Origin: Hemiscyllium ocellatum
Taxonomy: Eukaryota
DNA length: 64,000 nucleotides
Assembly: GCF_020745735.1 (NCBI RefSeq)
Contig: NC_083413.1
Location: forward strand, 97,226,796-97,290,795
Reading direction: 5' to 3'
Shown here: piece after piece, positions 12,799 through 23,869 of the stretch
Layout of the letters: each line of letters begins with the position of its first letter
Numbering within the stretch: the stretch's first letter is position 1
Program-made: the position numbers and the translations under genes
Notes under the pieces: generated by a model
What the model was told of the DNA's origin: nothing
What the model saw: the letters and a program-made list of their open reading frames with translations, nothing else
Databases searched by the model: none

Positions 12799-13262
12799 GC
12801 ACTGGAACGGGTGCAGAGGAGGTTTACCAGGATGTTGCCTGGTATGGTAGGAAGATCGTATGAGGAAAGGCTGAGGCACTTGGGGCTGTTTTCATTGGAG
12901 AAAAGAAGGTTTAGGGGTGACTTGATAGAGGTGTACAAGATGATTAGGGGTTTAGATAGGGTTGAACATGAGAACCTTTTTCCACGTATGGAGTCAGATA
13001 TTACGAGGGGGCATAGCTTTAAATTAAGGGGTGGTAGGTATAGGACAGATGTTAGGGGGTAGATTCTTTACTCAGCGAGTCGTGAGTTCATGGAATGCCC
13101 TGCCAGTAACAGTGGTGGACTCTCCCACTTTATGGGCATTTAAACGGGCATTGGACAGGCATATGGAGGATAGTGGGCTAGTGTAGGTTAGGTGGGCTTG
13201 GATCGGTGCAACATCGAGGGCCGAAGGGCCTATACTGCGCTGTATTTTTCTATGTTCTATGA
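12799..13262 (+). mobile_element. CR1-type LINE 3' end
   Basis: QRRFTRMLPGM...RGDLIEVYKMIRGLDRV; tail ends in ttctatgttctatga. Confidence 0.9.

Positions 13263-13328
<66 letters not shown>
13263..13328 (+). repeat. (CA)n microsatellite
   Basis: Directly visible. Confidence 0.98.
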
Positions 13329-13329
<1 letters not shown>

Positions 13330-14914
13330 CACACACCACACATTTACACAAGAATTGTGGGATTCAGGCTGTCTGTGGGAATTTTGCCACAAGGAGCGAG
13401 CTCTGGACTGGGAAGAGACAAAGGAGCAAAATGCTAGAGAGGGGTCTGATCCCACAGATTTCCCTGCTTCCCACTCTCACTGCAGCTCTCATGTCTATTT
13501 CTGTGTTCCCAGTTCTCTCTCCCATGTCTTTCCTTCAATCCCTATCTCTCAACATCCTTCACATCTCTGCCCTGTTAACATTTCCCAGTAGATTCCCTTC
13601 CCACTTTGTCACCTCACCAGATTTTCCAGGAATGTTTAATCATTTAGTCTTTCACAAAACCAACACCTTGCTCATCTCTCTCTGCATCTATCTCTCAGCT
13701 CTGTGGGATCTTGCTTTTCTTGCCTGTCCATCATTCTCACTGCATCGCAGCAGCTCCACCACCCCCTCCCCCACCATCACCCAACTCTCTCAGCTCTATC
13801 TCTCTGCTGTTGCAACTCTCTCTCTCTCTCTCTCTCTGTCCGATATCTCTCCCTGGGGTTTCTATCTTGCTGTCTGTCTGACCTTCTCTTCCTGCCTTTC
13901 TCTCCCATTTTCATGTTGTATCTGTCTGACATTGTATTTCTCTTCCTGGGGGTTTCACTCTCTCTCTCTCTGTCTCCTGCTCTCTCTCAGTTCTTCTCAC
14001 TTTCTCTCCCTCTTTCTGCCTGCTTGTCTTTCGTTTGTTCTCTCCCTCCCTCTCACTGTCTGTCTGTCCATCTCTCTTTCAGTCCTGTCGTTTCTCTCCC
14101 TCTTTCTCCCTGGACCCTCTGCTCTGTCCCAGTGACTGGGGAAGGGGCAATGGGAAGAGTTTGCCTCAGTGCCTGGTCTCTCCCAGGATTTACCCCGACT
14201 GTGGGGAGGGGGTGAGTGGAAGGAACATGGAGTACTTTTCTGAGTGAGTCTGAAATAGAGAAAAAGAGAAAGGGAGAGTGACAAAAAGAGAGAGAGACAT
14301 GGAGAAAGTGGGGAGAGAGAGATGGGCAGTGAGAGTCAGGGAGACGGAGAGAGTGAGAGAAGGACAGAGTGAGAGAGGGAGAGAGAGAGAGAGAGAGAGA
14401 CATATATGGAGGGAGAAGGACAGTGTGTACGACTGGCGATGGTTTCAGAGTGGGATCTCACTGTGCATGACAGCAGTCAGTCAAAAGGCGAGTTAGTCTC
14501 TGCACCATGTCCTCCAGCCCAGGGGCTGTGAGTCTGCTTGGGGAAGGAGGAGAGTGGGAGACAAGGAGGGAGTAGGACAACCAGAAACAGGGGGAGTGTT
14601 TGATGGAGATTTGGGGTTGGTGGAGAAAGGACGGGCTGTTGTCAGAGAGAGATGGAGGGAGGGATAGCCTGTGATGCAAAGTCTGAGACAGGGCAGAGAA
14701 GAGGTCTCCACAGGAAGGATAGTCAATGAGGCCATTCAGGAGCCAATCCTGAGGATCCTGAACAGGACCAGGATCATTTAATGGGGGAGCGGGGAATGAT
14801 GGGCAGAAAGGATTTCCATCTGGATCCAAGCCTTCTGTAATTCTGTGACTGGGATCTTGCTGTGCATTAAAACAGTCACAGGCCAGACAGTCAACCCAGA
14901 CTCATTTCCCGGTG

Positions 14915-15050
14915 TGAGAAAGTGAGGACTGCAGATGTTGGAGAGTCAGAGTTACAGAGTGTGGAGCTGGGGAAGCACAGTAGGTCAGCCAGGAGAGTCG
15001 ATGGGTCAGGCCTGACCTGCTGGGCTGTTCCAGCTCCACACTTTTCCACT
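14915..15050. mobile_element. Short fold-back Penelope pLTR derivative
   Basis: gtgtggagctgg...aggtcag arm followed by its near reverse complement cctgacctgctgggctgttccagctccacac. Confidence 0.65.
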
Positions 15051-16195
15051 CATTTCCCTCTGCCCCACGGAGTGGGGATCCCAGCAATGTTGGGGGCAGC
15101 AAAATATTTGAGGGGGGCACTGTTGGTGAGGCAATTATTTGGGAGGGAAGATATTTGGGTAAGGGAATAAACTTGGGAGAGAGAGAAAATGGGGGCAAAA
15201 TATTTTTGAGGGGGTTCAAAATTGGGTGAGCACTTTCAGATCTGAAATAGGGAAAAAAGAGAAAGGGAGGGTGAGAAAAAGAGAGAGAGAGAGAGTGGGA
15301 ATGGTGATGAGAGAAAGATGGGCAGAGAGCGAGAGAGGGAGAGGGTGAGAAAAAGGCAGAGTGAGTGAGAGAGAGAGAGACAGGCAGAGAGAGAAGGACA
15401 GAGAGAGGGAGAGAAGGAAGGTCAGACTGAGACAAACAGGAGTTAAAGCATGGACAGACTGAAGGGGGGACACTCATTATTCCAGCTGGTTCCAGCTCTC
15501 GCTCTCTCTCTCTCTCAATGGTTTTTCACACTCCCTCTCTCCCATGCTTCTGGGGTTCGCTTCAACCCGTGTTTCTATCTCTCCCTCTCTGGTTCTGTCT
15601 TTGGGTCTGTGAAGCTGCTTTCTCTCTCTCTCTCTCTGTCTGTCTGTCTGTCTGTCCCTTGCCACGCTGGTCTCCTCAGAAGGCCTCCAGACGATTCAAG
15701 ACATCAGTCTGCAGGTGAACCCTGTTTGTGTTCATTCCTGGATGGTTTTCCGGAACTTTCTGAGTTTTGGCCAATTAGGAGAATCGGCTGATTGTTTGAA
15801 GCAATTCCAATCATTTGGATGGTTTGTTCCTGTTTGTTTCTTTCTGTAGCAGGACCCGGTGTTTTCCTGTCTGGGCGCTCCTCTGTTTGGTGGAGACATA
15901 TGTCTGCCCTTTGTTGCCTTTGACATTCCCACTTGGCTGCTGTGCGGGTTTGGGATTTGGGAGATTTATTTGGCCAATAGACCTTGGCTGTCTATCTGTG
16001 TTTTAGCCAGGAGGTTGTGACATTTCCCCCAACTCATCCACTGACATGGAAAGAAGCTTATACAATGAATTGCAAACCGGATTTTAAACACTGGTTATGC
16101 TTGTTGTCAGAATAGCCAGCTGTCTGGCCGAAAGCCATTGTGTACATTGGTCAAACCTATCATCGTATGGCTGATAAGTGATATCAAAGAAATTA

Positions 16196-18790
16196 ATCAT
16201 AGAATCCCTATACAGCAGAAATAGGCCCTTCAGCCCATCGAGTCCACAATGACCAAATTAGATTCCCCCCCAATGATATCCCTGACATCCTGCATTTCCC
16301 ATGGCTATTCCAGGAGAAAGTGTGGACTGCAGATGCTGCAGACCAGACCTGAAAATGTTTTGCTGGAAAAGCACAGCAGGTCAGGCAGCATCCAAGGAGC
16401 AGGAGAATCGATGTTTCGGGCATGAGCCCTTCTTCAGGAATGAGGAAAGTGTGCCAAGCAGGCTAAGATAAAAGTTAGGGAGGAGGGACTTGGGGGAGGG
16501 GTGTTGGGAATGTGACAGTTGGAAGGAGGTCAAGGTCAGGGTGATAGGCCGAAGTGGGGTGGGGGCAGAGAGGTCAGGAAGAAGACTGCAGGTTAGGAAG
16601 GCGGTGCTGAGTTTGAGGGTTGGGGCTGAGACAAGGTGGGGGCAGGGGAAATGAGGAAACTGGAGAAATCTAGGTTCATCCGTTGTGGTTGGAGGGTTCC
16701 TAGGCGGAAGATGAAGCGCTCTTCCTCCAGCCATCATATTGATATGGTCTGGTGATAGAGGAGTCCAAGGACCTGCATGTCCTTGGTGGAGTGGGAGGGG
16801 GAGTTGAAGTGTTGAGCCATGGGATGGTTGAGGAGAAAGTGAGGTCTGCAGATGCTGGAGATCAGAGCTGAAAATGTGTTGCTGGAAAAGTGCAGCAGGT
16901 CAGGCAGCATCCAAGGAACAGGAGATTCGACGTTTCGGGCATATGGTTAGGTGGGTTGGTCCGGGTGTCCCAGAGGTGTTCTCTGAAGCATTCCACAAGT
17001 AGGCGGCCTATCTCCCCAATATAGAGGAGGCTACATCGGGTGCAGCGGATGCAATAGATGATGTGTGTGGATGTGCAGGTGAAGTTGTGATGGATATGGA
17101 AGGATCCCTTGGGGCCTTGAAGGGAAGTAAGGTGGGAGGTGTGGGCGCAAGTATTACATTTCTTGCGGTTGCATGGGAGGGTGCCGGGATTGGAGGCTGG
17201 GTTGGTGGGGGGTGTGGACCTGACGAGGGAGTCACGGAGGGAGTGGTCTGTTCGGAATGCTGATAGGGGAGGGGAGGGAAATATATCCCTGGTGGTGGGG
17301 TCCGTTTGGAGGTGGCGGAGATGACGACAGATGATACTGTGTATATGGAGGTTGGTGGGGTGGTAGGTGAGAACCAGTGGGGTTCTATCCTGGTGGCGAT
17401 TGGAGGGGCGGGTCCCACCGACTGACTCGCAATGCTACCTAGGTTACACCTCCTCCCACCCTGCCCCCTGTAAAAACACCATCCCATATTCCCAATTCCT
17501 TCGTCTCCGCCGCATCTGTTCCCAGGAGGACCAGTTCCAATACCGTACAGCCCAGATGGCCTCCTTCTTCAAAGACCGCAATTTCCCCCCAGACATGATT
17601 GAATATGCTCTCCTCCACTTCCCGCTCCTCCGCCCTTGAGCCCCGCCCCTCCAATCGCCACCAGGACAGAACCCCACTGGTTCTCACCTACCCCCCCACC
17701 AATCTCCATATACATCGTATCATCCGTCGTCATTTCCGCCACCTCCAAACGGACCCCACCACCAGGGATATATTTCCCTCCCCTCCCCTATCAGCGTTCC
17801 GAATCAGACCACTCCTTCCGTGACTCCCTCATCAGGCCCACAGCCCCCCACCAACCCAACCTCCACTCTCGGCACCTTCCCCTGCAACCGCAAGAAATGC
17901 AAAACTTGCGCCCACACCTCCCCCCTTACTTCCCTCCAAGGCCCCAAGGGATCCTTCCATATCCACCACAAATTCACCTGCACCTCCACACACATCATTT
18001 ACTGCATCTGCTGCACCCGATGTGGCCTCCTCTATACTGGGGAGACAGGCCGCCTACTTGCGGAACGCTTCAGAGAACACCTCTGGGACACGTGGATCAA
18101 CCAACCCAATCACTCCACAAAGGACATGCAGGTCCTTGGACTCCTCCATTGCCAGACCATAGCAACACGACAGCTGGAGGAAGAGCGCCTCATCTTCCGC
18201 CTAGGAACTCTCCAACTACAAGGGATGAACTCAGATTTCTCCAGTTTCCTCATTTCCCCTCCCCCCATCTTGTCTCAGTCCCAACCCTCGAACTCAGCAC
18301 CACCTTCCTAACCTGCAATCTTCTTCCTGACCTCTCCGCCCCCACCTCCACTCCGGCCTATCACCCTCACCTTATCACCCTCACCTTAACCTTTTTCCAA
18401 CTTTCGCGTTTCTAATGCCCCTCTCCCGAGTCCCTCCTCCCTACCTTTTATCTTAGCCCGCTTGGCACACTTTCCTCATTCCTGAAGAAGGGCTCATGCC
18501 CGAAACGTCGATTCTCCTGCTCCTTGGATGCTGCCTGACCTGCTGCGCTTTTCCAGCAACACATTTTCAGACATGGCTATTCCAGCTTGCCTGAATATCC
18601 CTAGAATCTACGGGCAATTTAACATGGCCAATTTGTCTAACATGCGCATCTTTGGACTGTGGGAGGAAACACATGCAGATGCGGGGAGAACGTGCAAACT
18701 CCACACAGACAGTCACTCAAAGGTGGAATCGAACCCAGGTCTCTGGCGCTGTGAGGCAACAGTGCTAACCAGTGAGTGACTGTGGCTCTC
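16196..18790 (-). mobile_element. HE1-type SINE split by the Penelope composite (pieces 16196-16313 and 18572-18790)
   Basis: SINE tail lies left and SINE core/head lies right of the insertion; they join across the TSD. Confidence 0.8.
16314..18571. mobile_element. Inverted head-to-head Penelope-like composite (minus arm 16314-17412, plus arm 17413-18571)
   Basis: Both arms encode GIY-YIG/RT C-terminal sequence in opposite orientation; the whole block is flanked by 14-bp direct repeat CATGGCTATTCCAG (16300-16313, 18572-18585). Confidence 0.9.
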
Positions 18791-18939
18791 CTAACTGCTT
18801 CTACAAAATATATATCATTCCAATAATACGTACAGAATTGTGATGCATAGGCAGTGATCGGAATAAATACAAGTGAATGAGACCTGATGGCTCAAAATCC
18901 TGGAATTCCCTCCTGATTAGAATTCCCTGAGAATTCTAT

Positions 18940-19263
18940 CAGCCTTCCAGCCCCTGTGCGTGTGTCCAAGCATTATGCGTAATGATGGTACCCATCTGTT
19001 GCAACCTGCAATCATAACCCCAAGATATATCAAGGTGAGTGCAGTTAGGACCACAGCTTTTTGTAAGAGGAACCAAATTCATGGATGATAGGCTATGGGC
19101 ATGTGATAGTATGGCCTGTTCCTTCACATTTACTTAGGGGTGGTCCCGGTTCCCTCTATCTCCACAGTATGTGGGACGGAATCATGGTAGCCCATCCTAA
19201 TACCTTTTTTATACAACTCCAATAATTTGGACTTCATCCTAACTTTGTCATTTGGGTTAAGTG
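18940..19263 (-). pseudogene. env: Downstream part of fusion-protein-type env of the older retro-element (interrupted by the ERV)
   Basis: LNPNDKVRMKSKLLELYKKGIRMGYHDSVP...KSCGPNCTHLDISWGYDC; continuous with 26091 onward across TSD AGTG; paralogous to 33900-34250. Confidence 0.65.
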
Positions 19264-19513
19264 TATGGGATATAGGAAATTTATGTTTCTTCTGCAATTC
19301 GAAATTCATTACGGGGGGGGGACACAATGAAATAAGGAAAAAATATGTGGTAACCAAATTATATAAATATCGAGTATTTGTTGAATTTGGTGTGTGTTTT
19401 GTCTCTGCCTTGTGGTCATCAGACCCACTTGCAAGTGTGAAATAAAGAGTTCTGCTGATTCAGATCTTGTCTCGGACTGTAATTATTGCAGTGAGTCAGC
19501 TTTGTTTCTCACA
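19264..19513 (+). repeat. 5' LTR (250 bp; lacks about 260 bp of U3; initial TG mutated to TA)
   Basis: Aligns to 25582-25630 and 25891-26090; TATA-like ATATAAATA near 19361, AATAAA at 19441; ends ...CTCACA. Confidence 0.93.
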
Positions 19514-19515
19514 AT

Positions 19516-19533
19516 TGGCGCCCAACGTGGGGC
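19516..19533 (+). promoter_or_regulatory. Primer-binding site complementary to tRNA-Lys1,2
   Basis: TGGCGCCCAACGTGGGGC, 2 nt after the LTR end; this is the canonical 18-nt Lys1,2 PBS. Confidence 0.93.
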
Positions 19534-19839
19534 AGTCCGGGATGTTCTTCCATCGCCATGGGGAGTGGCTGGCCCTGGACACTGGGAAGACGCGTCCCGT
19601 TCCCCATTGAGGAGCGGTCTCGTCTCCCTGTTTGGTCCGCTCCCTTGGGCAACTGGTACGAATCCCACAAGAGAGGCATCTGAATCAGACAGTGACAGGC
19701 AGTTGATAGAATATACGGCAGAAAAGTGGCCAGGCAACTCTGTGCCCAGACCAAGGTAAGAAAACTGACTTTTAAGTACTGCCTTGGTGGCCGGGAATGA
19801 GTTTTAGTAGTTAGTAAGGGACTAACGAAGGAACTCAAT

Positions 19840-21442
19840 ATGGATTGTGCCGTGGGTAAGGAAACAAGCCTCTGGGGATAACAAGGCAATGAAAGAGGAG
19901 GCGGGGTCCCTTGCAGTATACCTCCTGAAAGTCCATTGGGGAGGATGTTGCGTGAATGGACACGCAATTCTTGTACAAGGGTAAAGGATAAAAAGAAAAT
20001 GATTAAATATTATTGCTTTGTATGGACTAAGGAATCCATTTTCGTCTTGCCATCTTCTGGCCAAAGTACAGTTCAGACGAGGATTGGGTATGTCAGTATT
20101 TAGAGTTGTATGTGCATGCAAAGCAACCTTTTAGCCAACAGGAGGCGGACTATGCGTCCTGTTGGAGAGGCAGTTTGGGAATGCTGGTAGTGAAGACAAA
20201 GGATTCCCCTCTGCCCCACCCAGTCCCTGGGATCCTCTTAGCTGTTTGCCCCCCCCCCCCCCGTACCATAGAATCAGATTAGGTGAAGATGGGGGAGGAG
20301 GGGAGACAGACACACAGACAGGGACAGGGAACAGATGACTCACAAGAGGAGGACAAAGGGGCGGTGGACGGGGATGTTGTTGTTCCTGACCTTCACTCCT
20401 CGGCAGAAGAAAGAGAAGCTAAAGTAGACGTAGAGGAGGCCTCCAGAGGACCTAAATCAAAGCCTAAGGGGGCAAAACAAAAGAAAAAGGGGAAGAACGT
20501 AATGACTTGTCCCCTTCAGGAGGTACCAATAGGGGACAAAGAGATTGGGTTTGTGAGTGCACCCCCCTCCCACCCTCACCAGTGGGGAGGTCAGAACATT
20601 TAAAAAGGAAGTGACGTTCCTGGTTGAGGATCCGGTAGGATTGTCTGAACAAATTGATCAATTTTTGGGGCCCAGCCTGTATACATGGGCTGAGTTAATG
20701 TCTATTTTGAATATACTATTTACTGGGGAGGAAAGGGGACTTATATGGGGATGCTGGACAGGGAGAGATGAAGTTTCCCCTCAGAGACCCCTAGTGGGAA
20801 AATCAAAACCCGGAGCATAGAGAAGAATTGAAAGACCTGATTCTAAAAGGAATAAGAGAGGCAGTTCCAAAGTCGCAGAATCTGACTAAAGCCTTTGAAG
20901 TTAGTCAGGAGAAAGATGAGACTCCCTCAGCTTTCTTGCAGGGATTAAGAGACTCAATGCGGAAATATTCTGGAATGAACCGTGAGGACCCAGTGGCACA
21001 GGGTGTTTTGAAAGTACATTTTGTAACAAAGGCATGGCCAGACAGACAAAGAAAGATACAGAAGATAGAAGGGTGGAGTGAAAAACCATGAGATGAATTG
21101 TTAAGAGAGGCAGTGAAAGTGTTTGTAAAGAGAGAGGACGAGAGACAGTAACAGAAGGTGGAAATGATGGTAGCTGCGGTTGATGAGGTAATTAAGAGAA
21201 GAATGGAACCAATAGTGAGCAACCGGAGAGGCGGGTGGCAGCATGTAGGGCAGAGAGGGAGAGGGAGAGGGAGAGGACAAGGGGGAGCATTTGATAGAGG
21301 GTTCGAGCGACAGGGGCAGAGATGGGGGTCTCCACAGGCAGGATGCTGTTATTGTGGAAAGATAGGGCATTTTAGGCGGGAGTGTCCTGATCTACAAAGG
21401 GAAGCAAGGGCCATTCCGCTTATGAATTTTGATAATGAATAG
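19840..21442 (+). pseudogene. gag: ERV gag (MA, CA, single CCHC NC), frameshifted
   Basis: IPPESPLGRML..MIKY (MA), EDPVGLSEQIDQFLGP..TWAELMSIL (CA), QEKDETPSAFL (MHR region), CCYCGKIGHFRREC (zinc knuckle); ends TAG at 21440-21442. Confidence 0.92.
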
Positions 21443-21787
21443 GGGTGTCAGGGGTTCCTGCCCTCAGGGACCCACCAGGAACCCTTGATAAACTTGAAGA
21501 TGGGACCCTGTAGGGAAGAGGTAGTCTTCCTAGTAGATACGGGGGCAGCACGGTCATCTCTGAATTTTAAACCGGAGAAAGTAGAAATGTCGACACGGTC
21601 AATTACTGTTTCTGGGGTGAAAGAGGAGGGATTTACTGTCCCAGTATTTGAACCTATGATGATAGAAGGTCCTAAGGACAGGGTCACAGGGGAATTGTTG
21701 TATATCCCCGATATAGGAAGTAACTTATTAGGGAGAGATTTAATTATCCTCTTAGGACTGGAGATTGGAATTCAGGAAAAGAATTAG
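21443..21787 (+). pseudogene. pro: ERV aspartic protease, in frame with gag after a single UAG
   Basis: FLVDTGAARSSLN and NLLGRDL motifs intact. Confidence 0.92.
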
Positions 21788-22706
21788 TTGTATAAATGGC
21801 AATGTTGACAGAGGATATGGAGAGAGAGATAGACCCTATTGTATGGGCTAGGGAAGGGAATCGTGGAGAACTACAGATCCCTCCCCTTGAAGTAAATTTA
21901 GAAAGGAAAAGGGACGTTGTCTGTGAGCGACAATATCCCATTTCCATAGAGGGTCAACGAGGACTGCAGCCAGTAATTGAGGGACTGATTATAGATTGAG
22001 TAAGATCCCTCATGACCACAAATGGTTTAGTGTGACAGATTTAAAGGATGCCTTTTGGGCTTGTCCCTTGGTGGAGGAAAGTAGGAATTTGTTCACCTTT
22101 GAATGGGAAGACCCCAAGACAGGACGGACACAGCAATACTGGTGGACTGTGCTCCCCAGGGGTTTACAGAATCCCTGAATTTATTTGGACAAATGTTGAA
22201 CAAAATGATGATGCGAGAGATTATGGCTGTCCTACACCAAGGCAGTCATTGGGGAGTACAAGCAATGTGTGATTTAGTTCTTAGGGAATATGGATGTAAA
22301 GGAATATGTACAAGTGATAATCTGCAGAAAGGTAAATTTAAAAAAGTCTTGAGAAAACAGACCCCGGGAGGAAGAGGCCCAGAATTGAGACCCTTCCAGA
22401 GTATACAAGTAGATTATACTGAGTTACCCAGGGTAGGGAGACTAAAATATATGTTGGTCAGAGTAGATCATTTATCCGGTTGGGTTGAGGCATACCCCCT
22501 AACTACTGCCACTGCGAGTGGGGTGTCTAAAACAATATTGGAAACACTCAAACGACAGCTCTCTAAATTGATAATAAAAACCAGACTCCCTTGGACCAAA
22601 TGTTTACCTATAGCTCTTTTCCGAGTACGAACAGCCCCAAGGAAAGATTTGGGACTATCCCGCGATGAAATCTTATTTGGATTACCTTATCTGGGAACGA
22701 ATGGAG

Positions 22707-23419
22707 CCCACACCTCCACACTCACTTCCCTCCAAGGCCCCAAGGGATCCTTCCATATCCGCCACAAGTTCACCTGTACCTCCACACACATCATCTATTG
22801 CATCCGCTGCACCCGATGTGGCCTCCTCTATATTGGTGAGACAGGCCGCTTACTTGCGGAACGCTTCAGAGAACACCTCCGGGCCACCCGAACCAACCAA
22901 CCCAATCACCCTGTGGCTCAACACTTTAACTCTCCCTCCCACTCCACCGAGGACATGCAGGTCCTTGGACTCCTCCACCGGCAGAACACAACAACACGAC
23001 GGCTGGAGGAGGAGCGCCTCATCTTCCGCCTGGGAACCCTCCAACCACAAGGTATGAATTCAGATTTCTCCAGTTTCCTCATTTCCCCTCCCCCCACCTT
23101 GTCTCAGTCGGTTCCCTCAACTCAGCACCGCCCTCCTAACCTGCAATCCTCTTCCTGACCTCTCCGCCCCCACCCCACTCCGGCCTATCACCTCACCTTG
23201 ACCTCCTTCCACCTATCCCACCTCCATCGCCCCTCCCCCTAGTCCCTCCTCCCTACCTTTTATCTTAGCCTGCTTGGCTCTCTCTCTTATTCCTGATGAA
23301 GGGCTTATGCTCGAAACGTCGAATTCCCTATTCCTGAGATGCTGCCTGGCCTGCTGTGCTTTGACTAGCAACACATTTGCAGCTGTGATCTCCAGCATCT
23401 GCAGACCTCATTTTTTACT
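22707..23419 (+). mobile_element. 5'-truncated Penelope-like element inside ERV integrase
   Basis: GIY-YIG domain (IIYCIRCTRCGLLYIGET) plus pLTR; 9-bp direct repeat CGAATGGAG at 22698-22706 and 23420-23428; the IN frame (LGTNG|ELPIPETK) resumes after it. Confidence 0.95.
23289..23324 (+). ncRNA. Minimal type I hammerhead ribozyme motif in Penelope pLTR
   Basis: ATTC-CTGATGA-A-GGGC TTAT GCTC-GAAA-C-GTC-GAAT: conserved core, stem I ATTC/GAAT, stem II and palindromic ACGT in place of stem III, as established for PLE pLTRs. Confidence 0.8.
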
Positions 23420-23869
23420 CGAATGGAGAATTGCCAATTCCCGAAACTAAAGATTTGTTCTTGAAGTATATACTGGGCTTGACCTCCACTTTGCCTTTCC
23501 TCAGGGAAACAGGGTTTATTGGCACAGACTCCACCCCTAGAATTCACCGTTCATCCCATCCAGCCGGGAGATTGGGTCTTAGTAAAATCATGGACAGAGA
23601 CTAAATTGCAGCCGGACTGGGAAGGGCCGTACCAGGCTCTTTTAACGACTGAAACGGCAATAAGGACGGTGGGGAAAGGCTGGACCCACTACACTCGGAT
23701 CAAAGGGCCAGTGGAATCTCCAGTTGAGGAAGAAGTCTGGACAGCCGAATCAACACAAGGTCCACTGAAACTCAGACTAAAGAGACTTTGAGTAACTGAT
23801 TATACAGTGGCGACGCGAGCGCGGGATTATTTCTGTAGGATTGTGTATTAAGTTGTTTTGTGCTTCAGC

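Larger units (their letters stand above)
21788..23791 (+). pseudogene. pol: ERV pol remnant (partial RT, no RNase H, partial IN), interrupted by a Penelope insertion
   Basis: RQYPIS, DLKDAFW, WTVLPxG, HQGSHWG, IQVDYTELP, WVEAYP and GDWVLVKSW..WEGPY are present; YxDD, RNase H and the IN D35E segment are absent. Confidence 0.9.

Noticed and set aside
10539-12938. Long ORFs across 10.5-12.9 kb
   Set aside because: They are open only because they run through N gaps and dinucleotide tracts.
13072-15791. Leu/Ser-rich, (HT)n and (CV)n ORFs
   Set aside because: Translations of CA/CT/GA microsatellite and low-complexity DNA.
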